In this document: positions 1-10,399 of the stretch, piece after piece
Numbering within the stretch: the stretch's first letter is position 1
Layout: every line of letters starts with the position of its first letter
Source: Selaginella moellendorffii
Taxonomy: Eukaryota > Plantae > Lycopodiophyta
Direction: 5' to 3'
Assembly (NCBI RefSeq): GCF_000143415.4
Contig: NW_003314277.1
Coordinates: 1,749,185-1,813,184 of the forward strand
DNA: 64,000 nt
Position numbers and translations under genes: made by a program
The notes under the pieces: generated by a model
What the model was told of the DNA's origin: nothing
The model's input: only the letters and a program-made list of their open reading frames with translations
Database searches by the model: none

Positions 1-304
1 TCCTCGTCGCCACTCCCAGTGTCTGGAGCTGCTGGATGGATTTCTCCTGCTGGGTGCTGCGCAAAGGCTCTACTAAGACATTTAGTTCATATCTGGACTG
101 TCCACAAGATCAGTCATGCCTAGCGAATGGAGGGATGCAAACGAGTGAATGATAAACCTGTAGCTTCTGGTGCTTGGCTACATCAAGAGATTTTTTTGTG
201 CAATCACGTAGAGAATATTGATTTCCTTGGAATCTGAAAAATTAATCAAAATTGCCATGAAATTTGATTTCCTTGGAATCTGAAAAATCAAACTTGCGGA
301 GTCG

Positions 305-331
305 AAACCCTAAATGGTGAATTTAGGGTTT
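305..331. promoter_or_regulatory. Inverted pair of telo-boxes (AAACCCTA) upstream of mTERF
   Basis: aaaccctaaat-ggtga-atttagggttt is a perfect 11-bp inverted repeat ending ~20 bp before the mTERF ATG. Confidence 0.55.
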
Positions 332-351
332 GTGGGACGAAGAAGAATGGA

Positions 352-1863
352 ATGGTGATCCGCCGGATCGTCTTGTCTGTGGCCAGGACGAAGAAGCGAT
401 CCTTGTCGACGGTAGGCCAGCTCGCGAAATGCGCGGAAAAATCATCGTCACTGGGAGCTGCAACAGCAGCAGCAGCGCCATCGCCGGCGCCAGATCCAGA
501 GCTTTGCAGAGCCTTGGAAGCGCGGGGAATCCCCATCGCAACCGCGGGCAAGCTCTCGGGGCTTAGCGGGGAGCAGGCCGCGCAGCGATTGGACGCGCTG
601 GAAAGAATCGGCTACCAGGGCGATGATCTCAAGAGCATGCTCTTCTGGGGCCCAATCGCGAATGCCGGCAGTGCTGTGGACGTGGAGCAGCGCCTCCAGG
701 AGCTCACGGCGGCGCTGGCAGCACTGGGCGTGGACAGGGAGATCTGGGCGACGATTGTGAGCCAGCACAAGCGCTGGATCTTCGCAGTGGATGCCGGCGA
801 GTTCCAGCAGAATCTCGCCAACCTCTGCTCGCTGGTGCTATCCTTCCAGCGATTCAAGGTGGATCTCAGCAAGTGGATCGTCCAGATGCGTCCCAGCGAC
901 AAGGAAACTCTCGAGGAGACGACGAACTTCTTGCTCGAGCAGGCCGGCAGCGAGAAGGCCTTCCGCAAGGTCGTCCAGTGCGTTCCCATGGTGCTCCAGT
1001 ACGACGTGGAGAAACACCTCCAGCCCCGGATCACGACGATGGAGAGCCTGGGATTCTCCCGCGAGCAAATCACCAAGATCATCTACCAGTTCCCAAAGAT
1101 CCTCACCGTCACCCCGGAGCGTCTCACCGCAGTGGTGGGCTATCTCACCGAGGAGCTGGGCTTCTCCAGCGATCAGGCGTGCCGGGTGATCACCATCTTC
1201 CCTCGCTTCTCCACCAGCAAGCTCAAGGTGATCTCCGGGAAAGTGGACTACTTCGTGAGCTTGGGCATGCAAAGGAGCAAGGTCCGGCTGATGCTGCGCA
1301 AGAATCCATCCATGGTCGGGCTCAACATCGAGCGAGGAGTGAAACCGAAGCTCGAGTTCCTGGCCAGCCTCGACTTCAAAGGCGACGATCTCGACTACCT
1401 CCTGTCCGCGCACTCGGGAGTGTTGACGAGGAACAGCCAGGCGATGGAAGGCCGGCTCAATCTCCTCCTCCGCCATGGATTGTCGCGCGACGAGTGCTCG
1501 CTGCTGCTGCGCAAGAAGCCCAGCATCTTCAACCTCGGGGACGAGCTCCTGAGTAAGAAGCTGGCGTACTACACCCGGGTGATGAAGCAGCCGCTGAGCA
1601 GCCTTTGCCACTTCTCGTCGTATCTCACGTTCAGCATGGAGGCAAAGGTGGTGCCGCGGACGACGTTCCAGCACTGGCTCTACATGAGCGGCCTGGCCAG
1701 GAAGGAGTTCTCGCAGCCTTACATGATCATGCTCTCGTCGGAAAGGTTCACGAGGAGATTTCTCGGCGGGGACGAAGCTCTCCAAGCCTACGGCAAGTTT
1801 GTGAGATCTCAGCTTGCTACTGCTCGACAAAGCACGAAAGCGGAAGCTCCCGAGCCTTTGTAG
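352..1863 (+). CDS. mTERF family protein, organelle-targeted, intronless
   Basis: 503-aa ORF with an R/S/A-rich N-terminal peptide and ~35-aa mTERF repeats (PMVLQYDVEKHLQPRI, NPSMVGLNIERGVKPKLEFL, YLTFSMEAKVVPR). Confidence 0.9.
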   Translation: MVIRRIVLSVARTKKRSLSTVGQLAKCAEKSSSLGAATAAAAPSPAPDPELCRALEARGIPIATAGKLSGLSGEQAAQRLDALERIGYQGDDLKSMLFWGPIANAGSAVDVEQRLQELTAALAALGVDREIWATIVSQHKRWIFAVDAGEFQQNLANLCSLVLSFQRFKVDLSKWIVQMRPSDKETLEETTNFLLEQAGSEKAFRKVVQCVPMVLQYDVEKHLQPRITTMESLGFSREQITKIIYQFPKILTVTPERLTAVVGYLTEELGFSSDQACRVITIFPRFSTSKLKVISGKVDYFVSLGMQRSKVRLMLRKNPSMVGLNIERGVKPKLEFLASLDFKGDDLDYLLSAHSGVLTRNSQAMEGRLNLLLRHGLSRDECSLLLRKKPSIFNLGDELLSKKLAYYTRVMKQPLSSLCHFSSYLTFSMEAKVVPRTTFQHWLYMSGLARKEFSQPYMIMLSSERFTRRFLGGDEALQAYGKFVRSQLATARQSTKAEAPEPL

Positions 1864-2105
1864 ACCACTGTGAAGATCATCCATCGTGGAAGGTCGTAGA
1901 CCACAGTGGAGAACTTCGTACACCACTTTGGAGATCATCCCTCTTCTCGAGATTTTGATAAGCTGTGAAGAACACGAAGATACAATGTAAGTTTCTGCGA
2001 ATAGTAGTAGCTCACAAAAATTCTTCATCCATTAATACCTTTCTTTCCTTTCAATCTGTTAGAAGAAGCTCTCGCTAGCTATGCTAGGCTATGGACTGCG
2101 CTATG

Positions 2106-3877
2106 CTATTCCGCGGCGTTGCTACGACCACCTCTGTTGCCACCACCACGCCTGTTCGATCTTTGAGAGTCGTACCGGCGAAAGCCTGCCTCGTCAGTGC
2201 TCTCCACTCGTCGGTTGTATCCTCGACCACCACCATCACGATCGCCATAGCCGCCGCCTCTGTCACGGTCGCCGTAGCCTCCCCTTGCTCCACCCTCTCG
2301 ATCACCATAGCCTCGTCCTTCACCGCGGAAGTCCCGTCCACGTCCTCGACCAGAGCCTTTTGGCAAAGAAACGAAATGCTCGTTAGGAAATGACAGAAAA
2401 TGCTCGTTAAGGACGTACCTTGGGCCCTCTTGTACTCCACCTTTACAAACCGGCCACCAATCTCAATGCTATTGGATGCCTTGGAAAAGCAAGGGATAAG
2501 GATCAGAAGATGCAAAGCATAATTCTAAATGTTTCTTTACCTCCACAGCGCTGGACGCGGACTGTTGGTCTTCGAAATCAAGGAAAGCGAAGCAATATCC
2601 TTGTGCCTGCAGAGAGATGGTCACCATCGCTGCGAGCTGGATCGAAGGAAAGGAACGTTTACCTTCATAGACCGGACCTGAACGGAGCCAGGCTTGACTG
2701 GCCCAAACTTCTCAAACTTGGATTCAATCTCTTGCTCGGTAGCGTTCAAAGGCAAGTTGGAAATGTAGACACCTGAGACAAACAATGGTCATTACACAGT
2801 AGAGAGAAAAACGAAGAACATACCCTCCTTGTCCTTGTCGCTGGGAGGTTCTTCTACTGTGCTGGCGGCCGGAGGAGGAACCACAGTGGCAGGCTGCGGA
2901 GGGGCGCTCACTGGCGCTGGTCTCGGAGCCACAGGCCTTGGTTGAGCGGCCCTACTCTGAGCGAGAATGGAAGCATACGACATCTTCACCGTAGTCGTCT
3001 TCACCTGCTCTTGAAACTCCTCAGGTTGAGTTTGAGTCACAGTTGTCTCTTGGGTGATCGTCTCCACTTCCACCACCGCGGGCTCCTCCTCCACAGCCTC
3101 TACTTCAGGCTCATCGGGTGCCTTGTCCTCGGCCTTCTCCAGCACCACATACTCTTCGGATTGGAAAGTTTCCTCTGGCACGAGTCCTCCGCCTTCCAGC
3201 TGCTCGTCTGATTCAGAGAGAGACACGCGAGTCAGTCACTGATCTCGAAGCGTAATGACACTGACCTGGCTCTGGGATCGAGGAGACTGTGGACTCGGCG
3301 ACCCCATTGGCCATGCTGTATGGCAGTGTCTTCGCGGCTGGTGCTTCGTCAGCGTAGCGCAGCACGTCGTTCAGGACAAAGTACCCCTTCTCTTGTGGAG
3401 CGAGGAAGAACGTCTGCACAAAGTTGCGTTTCCCGGTCGACTTACACGAGAGGGAGCCAGTCACCATGACAAGAACTCCACCTCCGAGAGAGTTCTGAGA
3501 GACCACAGACTTAATTTCGGCCTTAAAGTCGGTGAGATCCATCGACATGATCTTCGCGTGGATATCCTGGAGCAGAGTAGATCAACAAGTAGCACACAAG
3601 AAAAAAAAAAAAACGAGAATTTACCTGTTGAGTGGAGACCGTCTCCACAGGACCATCTGCGCCACCAGAGTCTCGCGTAAGCTGGCTTTGATCGGTGTAG
3701 AAGCGATGAACCACCGCTGGAGATTGATGTAGGACGTTGTAGTACTGATTGATGAATGCATTCCCGACCTTGGCACAAAGAGGGAAAGAAGAAAGAAAAA
3801 TCAGCATCTTCCAAGTTTCGAGAAGCTATGGTGCTTACCAGATTAGCAGACGCTGGAGTAGCATTCGCTGTCGCCAT
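2106..3877 (-). CDS. G3BP-like protein (NTF2 domain + RRM + RGG tail), multi-exon
   Basis: NTF2 motifs VGNAFINQYYNVLHQSP and NFVQTFFLAPQEKGYFVLNDVLRY; acidic/Pro linker; RRM exons (VYISNLPLNAT.., IEIGGRFVKVEYKR); RGG-rich C-terminus; ATG (MATANATP) at 3877. Confidence 0.9.
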
Positions 3878-4146
3878 TTCACCCCTAGAATCAAGAAAAC
3901 CGCCAGATCTGAGAAAGCCGTGGAGAAAAGCAGCCAAAATTTGCGATCATCCACACATTGCGCTATCGATTCTACTCACCTCAGCAGTGCCGTGATCGAG
4001 CGATCCGCGCGGAGGCGCCTTGAAAACCCTCGCCAAAACCCTCGCGGCGACGAAACAGCCCTCTCTACCCTAAGGCCCAACGGACGGCCTGGATGCGTCT
4101 AGACTCATATGATCGATCCATGATCCATGTTTTTGAATCTAGGGCT

Positions 4147-5395
4147 ATGGCGCTTCTCTTGGGGCGGCTGTGCTGCGCTCCTCCGCGATCGAGCTTCTTG
4201 CGTGGATTATCGCACAGGGGGACGAACTCTCGAGATTTTTCGCGGATTTCTTGCGCTGCGGCTGCCGGCGGCAGCTCCTTGCTCGATTCTTCGCTGGAGC
4301 ATTGCCTGTTCGTCAGGAGATCCGTGAATCGCGGCGAGATCGTCGAGCATTCGGGTGCTGTGGTGGCATGGAAGCGTTTTCTTTCTCTTCTTGTTCTTGG
4401 CTAAGTTGGAATTTTCTCTTCTTGTTCTTGGCTGGACTTCAGGTGTTTGGAAACATCGAAAGAGGAGGCGCTGTTCGTGCCGACGGGGATGTGATCGTTC
4501 TGGGAAGCTTGGAAGGGATTTGCCAAGCTGGACGAAATGGCAAGGAGTCGATTGTTTTCTCTCTTGGCCGGGGATTTTCTTCTGCGATCGAGATCGCCAA
4601 CAATCCAGACGTTTGTGTCCGTAAGCCCGGCGGTGGAGAGGCATTCATAGCGATGGCTTCGACAAGGTCTCAAAGTTTGTGGAGATTTTTTGCTTTTGAG
4701 AAAACCTTGTGCCTGTGCAGCGTAGAACGGGATCACGTTAAAAGTTTCTTTGCTCGCTTGTCGAGGCCTGCCCGAGCTGCTTTTTTCACCGGGATCTACA
4801 TCTCCATAGCTGGGATTTGTTTCTTCGTTTTCCCAGAGACGCTCTTTGGTGAGACAAGTATATCAATCTCGTGTCGTGATTTTGATCATGCTACATGCAG
4901 GTCTTCTTTTCAGGCTGGAACATGTAGCACGGGGATGGATTCAAGCAACAGGAATTCTGGCAGTGGTAAGCAAACAAGGAACAGTATGTGCCGCTTACAA
5001 TTTGTGACTTTCAAGGTTTTTGGTATCTATTACTTGGGAACTTCGCTTGGTGACAGCCTTGGCTTCCATGGATCCTCGGCCTTTTATGCTTCCACTGTCG
5101 CCGGACGCATCGTGAGTTTTTCTCGATCTCGAAAGATGAAAAGGAAGTTATTCTCAAAGTAACTGACTAACCAACTTGGCATGCCTCTCGCAGTTCCTCT
5201 TCCTCAGCTTTTCGTGGCTTGTCAGCCGCGGTGCCTGTCCACCGCCTCTTCTCATTGTAAGTCTTTTACCATTACGTACATTCACAAAAGGGTTTTTTAT
5301 TTTGCTTTCGTCTTTAGGTTGGAGTTGTGAATCTCGCGGGTGCTTTGTACATGCTCGCAGCACTGAGGAACCCAAAGAAGGAGATCCGTACGTAG
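4147..5395 (+). CDS. Predicted plastid-targeted protein with MinC C-terminal beta-helix domain fused to a multi-pass membrane domain (7 exons)
   Basis: Spliced translation: transit-like MALLLGRLCCAPPRSS.., then RRSVNRGEIVEHSGAVVVFGNIERGGAVRADGDVIVLGSLEGICQAGRNG (MinC_C pattern), then ~4 hydrophobic segments, ending RNPKKEIRT*. Introns at about 4366-4442, 4667-4720, 4849-4900, 4966-5015, 5112-5193 and 5257-5317. Confidence 0.8.
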
Positions 5396-5523
5396 ACCCT
5401 GGTCGGTTTGCCACAATAAAATCGTCGTACGCTACAGGTATGAGGTTTTCTCGCCTTTCGGGGCTCGGAATTTAGAATTCAGCTTTCCAGGGCATTGGGT
5501 CTGGTAAAGAAGAGCTTGTAGCT

Positions 5524-6848
5524 ATGGATGTGAAGCGGCTGGATGACGACACGATGTTACAGATTCTTGGGTGCTTGGATACCGACGAGGATATCGCCCG
5601 TGCCGGTGCAGTGTGCCGCTCGTGGCACAGACTCGGTAGGATCTTGTCCCTTGAGGCGCTCAAGTTTTGGCTAATTGTCGTGCCGCAGTTGTTGATGGCC
5701 GACTTTGGAGGCGGCTGTGCATGATCCGATTTCCAGAGCTGGAAGTGTTTCGGGAGGTGGCTGAGCAATCCAGCGGTGTCGACTGTACTACTGTAGAGCT
5801 TTCTAAATCGCGGTCTGTGGAGGAGGACATTCTGAGACGCGAGCACAAGGTGTTCTGTGACTTCTACTACTCCCTGACGAGGACATCGTCGACGAGGAGC
5901 AGCTACATCTGGAATGCACTGCATGCTTCGAGCACCGACAATCCCAATGAGGACGTAATTCAGACGCTCTATCCACACCCGAAGCGGCTCTCGTCAGGCT
6001 CGCCGTCGTACTGGTCTAGCACAGGCCAGAAATTGGAAACTGTTCCAGAGTTTTTGACTTACCGGATGGTCACACCTCTGTGTGTCGTGGAGGAGATAAA
6101 GTTGAGGCCTTTTGAAGGTATGCTTGTACTTCCTTTCTTTCTCTTTTCAAAGTTCTAACTTTGCAATATGCGCTGCAGCTTTCTTTCAGTACGGGAGCCC
6201 AATCTACTCGCCGAAATTCGTTCGATTCTACTTTGGATACCAGGCTTGCCGTGCTCCTGGTGGACACTCTTGGAGCAATCCTCACCCCGATGGGAACTAC
6301 GTTTGGAAGTATGTTTCGCCGATGTATCCCGTGGAACAGGTATGGACTTGTGTTGTGATATATAGAAGGTTTTAAGCTTCTCTCTTGTTTTTGCGTGAAC
6401 AGGCTGATTCACTGCAGACATTTCGTCTTCCAAGGCCGGTCGTGTGCATTGGTGGAATCTTCCAGGTGGAGCTCGTCGGGCGTGTCCAAAAACAATCCAC
6501 GGATCAGCTCTATTACATCTGGTAAGCTCCAACATTTCTTTTTTCTCGTCCTTTCTCCGTTTCTCGTTTCGTGTCACGCTGATGATCTGATCTTCTCCTC
6601 ATCGTGGCAGCATCTGTCACGTATCGGCGCAAGGCAGCTCGCTCCAGCGGTACGACTTCGAGATCAAAGATCCCAAAAGCTTCGTGCTCAAGAGCCTCTC
6701 GAAACCGATAGAAGAAGAGAAAGAAGAGGAGGAGGTCGAGGAATTCTTTCGCGACGAAGAAGACGAGGAGTTCTTTCGCCGCCTTCGCCCGGAATTAATC
6801 GTGTGGGGAAGGCCGGTTTTCGAGGATGACGATCTGGGAGAATACTAA
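5524..6848 (+). CDS. F-box protein (At4g00755-like), multi-exon
   Basis: N-terminal F-box (LDDDTMLQILGCLD..IARAGAVCRSW); ASSTDNPNEDVIQTL, SYWSSTGQ, AFFQYGSPIYSPKFVRF and GGIFQVELVGRVQ motifs; acidic C-terminus. Confidence 0.82.
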
Positions 6849-7193
6849 TGTGATCCTATCCTTTAATCTTAAAGGTCTTTCTATTAGGAACTCTCCAAGT
6901 ACTGTGCTAGGGTTTTTGGTTCTAGAGAGGGCTGGGACAGCGCAAGGCGACAGCGCGCACGCACGGATTTTGTCTCGATCTGGAAGATTGCTGATCGCTG
7001 TCAGGTATGATCGCTAGCTAGCTACAGCGCATTTGTTTAGTGGGAAGATCGCTTGCTTCGCGCTGATAAAATATTGCTCTAGAACTTGCCAGGAAATAGT
7101 GTTAGATCTCTTAGGTCTCGGCATTCCTTCTCTCAGTTCTTTCTCTGCTCACCGCGCGTGATCACAATGGGTGAAATTTTGCGCTCTGCAGAT

Positions 7194-9140
7194 ATGGTTG
7201 CTGTGGCGTCGCATCAATTGGCGCAATGCATCAGCGGCCACGCCTGGAATGTGGATCTGACAAGTAAGAATTCTTCCTCCTCTTGCGCGTTTTAATTTTA
7301 CATCAAACAATGTGTGTTCTTCGCAGTGATCGCGGTTTGCACGAATAACGAAGTCCACATTTACAATGCCTCGCCAGCTCCAAGCGCCGTGTGGGATCGA
7401 CTCCACGTCCTTCAAAAGGTAAGTAACGAGGTGGAAATCTCGCTCTTACTATCTCATTCTCTTTTGTGGCTTTAGCACGATCAGCTCGTTTCAGGAGTTG
7501 ATTGGGCACCTGTCTCGAACTACATTGTCACTGTTTCGCACGATAGGAATTCGTAAGTTGATGCGTACTTCGGGTTTTTCTTTGTCCCTTTTTCTGATGT
7601 TTTTCACCTCTTCTGCAGCTACGTCTGGAAGCTAGAAGAGAATGTATGGCAGCCCACGCTGGTGATATTGCGGATAAATCGTGCTGCTATATCTGTGAAG
7701 TGGAGCCCCAGAGGTAAGAGGCTTTGCTAGTTTTCGTTACTTAAACGCGGTTCGATGTTCCCAGAGAACAAATTTGCTGTTGCTAGTGGTGCGAAGAGCG
7801 TCTGCGTTTGCTACTACGAGGAAGATAATAATTGGTCTGCTGTCTTTGTCTGTTTTAAATTCTAGTTTTGTAACACAACTTTTCCCAGGTGGGTGAGCAA
7901 GATAATCAGGAAAAAGCACGGCTCCACAGTGACTGGTGTTGCATGGCATCCGAATAATGTTGTTTTCTTTTGTTTTCAGCTGTATGAACCTTATGCCAAA
8001 CGTTCGTTTAGATTGCAGGTGCTACTAGCTACGACATCTACTGACTGCAAGTGCAGGATTTTTTCTGCGTACATCAAGGGTGTTGATTCCAGGTCCGCTC
8101 TCCGTTTCGCTTTGTTTGCTTTTGTAATGACTGTATCAACTGCAGGAGCGCTGCAACTACAACGTTTGGAGAGATTCGGTTTGGGGAGGTAGGAGCTTTA
8201 TTCAGGATAAAGGTGTTTAGAAGTTTATTCTTTGCGGTTTTATTGCAGCAATTGGTGCAGCTGGATTTGGCATTGGGGTGGGCTTTCGGAGTTAAATGGT
8301 CACCCAGTGGGAGGAGTTTGGCATATGTTGGTAAGGAGAAGCATGCTTCTAGCTTTGAATGCCTCTTCTAATTTTTATGTTCTAGGCCACGATTCAACTA
8401 TTCATTTTATAGATGACGTTGGTCCTTCACCAATCGCTCAGACATTAGCACTCAGGGACCTACCTCTACGTGATGTATGCGGGTTTATGTCTGAAGCGTT
8501 TTTGTTTCTAACTCTCTCTTTCCATTTTTCTTTCAGGTTTTGTTTCTATCAGAGAAACGTTTAGTCGCTGGTGGTTTTGATTGCAACCCAATGCTTTTCG
8601 CGTCTGATGATACAGGAACATGGTTAGTATTAAGAAAATTTGATACAATTTTGAAGCTACATATTTTTTAGGAACTTTGTTCGTTTTCTGGACGAAGGGA
8701 AGACACCTGCATCAGACGTTAAAGCTTCGACACAAGTAAGACGGGTCAGTTTTGGTTTACTGTAAGCCGACAGATTTATTTTGGCAGTTTTCTGAAGCAT
8801 TTGGGAAATTCTATGGGCAAGCTAAGCGTGGTGTTGCCACTGAATCTCCCTCAAGTGCTCCAGGAACTTATCATAACAATTGCATTACGTGAGTATCACT
8901 CGGCTTTTCTAGGTACTGGTACCGATTGTTGTTTCGTGTGCAGACTTCTAAATCCACTAGCTCCACCTGGAGAGCAGGAGATACGAAAATTTAGCACTTC
9001 TGGTACAAAGCAACTGTAGATCAAGCTCAAAGCGTTGCTGATGTAAGCCCTGGCATTTGTTTTATGCAGGCATGGATGGGAAGGTCGTGATTTGGGACAT
9101 GAGCACCATTAGCGATGCGCTAGCCCGGCTTGGCATGTAA
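7194..9140 (+). CDS. ARPC1: Actin-related protein 2/3 complex subunit 1 (WD40), many short introns
   Basis: [78 protein letters not shown] and [14 protein letters not shown]. Confidence 0.93.
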
Positions 9141-9227
9141 CACAGGTGTGTTTATTAGCATTTCACAACAACATATTTTTAATCAAAACCCCACTTTTTT
9201 GTTTATTTCAATAGGAACAGATCAAAA

Positions 9228-9758
9228 CTAGTATGGCACTGGAGACTTGGGTTTCCCTGGAGGGGGTTTCCTTGGAAGAGACAGAGAGTCATCAGCAGAT
9301 GGATCTTCATTGGGAGAACCAGGGAGTGGCGTATTTGGATCAGGAATATTAGGGAATGGAGTGTCTGGAGGAGTTGGGTTCTTATTGCCAGTGTCATTGC
9401 CACTATTATCATTGCCATTGCTGCCACAGATGGAAGTTCCCACATCAGGATCATCCCCACAAAAGCTGCTCATGCATGCTAGTTTTCCAAAACATTCATC
9501 ATTACTGGAACATGTTGTGCCACATTTGCCTAGGCTGCCACCATTGCCACCATTACCACTTTTTGGTGGCCCTTCTTTGTGACTACCACCACATATGTGA
9601 GTGTTCATATTTGGGTCGTCTGCACAGACATTATCCATGCATGCAATCTTACCATCGCAATCACCATCTTTGTTACATGAAGCTCCACAATTTTTAGCAT
9701 CTACAACAGTGTAGAGACAAGCAAGAAGAAAAGATGCAACCAAGATTGTATATCTCAT
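9228..9758 (-). CDS. Secreted Cys-rich protein: signal peptide + two kissper (kiwellin N-terminal) repeats + Pro-rich tail
   Basis: MRYTILVASFLLACLYTVVDA signal; two C-x3-C-x5-C-x5-C-x4-C-x10-C units with DDP..xTxICG; Pro-rich tail; TATA-like element at ~9806-9814. Confidence 0.8.
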   Translation of the reverse strand: MRYTILVASFLLACLYTVVDAKNCGASCNKDGDCDGKIACMDNVCADDPNMNTHICGGSHKEGPPKSGNGGNGGSLGKCGTTCSSNDECFGKLACMSSFCGDDPDVGTSICGSNGNDNSGNDTGNKNPTPPDTPFPNIPDPNTPLPGSPNEDPSADDSLSLPRKPPPGKPKSPVPY

Positions 9759-10399
9759 TGCAGATGCTATGTTTGAAGACTTGTTTAGAGCCTTCATACG
9801 TAGCCTTTTATATAGAGTTAATTCATTTTATATTTGCAATCATGCCAAATTCTGCATTAGTTTCCATGTTTGAATACTTTTTAGATATGACTGTTGACTT
9901 TGACCAGAATTAAAGAAGCCTAATTTTGACATTTATAATATACAAAATATATAATGAATATAAGAATATTGGACACTTCACACATTGGGCACCAGCTAAA
10001 TGTAAGAATTTATTATATTTAGTGCCTTTAATAAGTAGTGACTCTCATCACTCAATCATGTTATAACAGAGAAACTTTGGCACCAGCACAACATTATGAA
10101 GTAATTTTTATTAGTTTAATTCATTTTCATAGTCTTAGTTTTTTGTGGAAAACCCTGAGAAACTCTTCCTTTAAATTAAATATTATAAGGCGGGAAGGAA
10201 TTATTTCATATTAATTTCTGTGATCGATCACAAATTCCAAGATGCATTAAATCACTACTAGAGCAGAATTGATTTAATTGGTAAAACCTAGAATAAGGGC
10301 CATGCTTGGTTTCTTTTGAAATCATAATAAAGTTTCAATACAGTAATCCACATAGATAGGATATCCATCAAGTTCACACAATTGTAGTCCCTATAATTC

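Noticed and set aside
1-150. Possible 3' end of an upstream gene
   Set aside because: Too short to assign frame or identity.
838-2028. 396-aa antisense ORF over mTERF, and similar shadow ORFs over the LPR1, PUP and GPAT genes
   Set aside because: Expected by-product of GC-rich codon usage on the opposite strand; no recognisable domain.
4170-5162. 330-aa continuous ORF taken as the real protein
   Set aside because: It reads through introns and mixes frames; the spliced model from ATG 4147 gives coherent domains.
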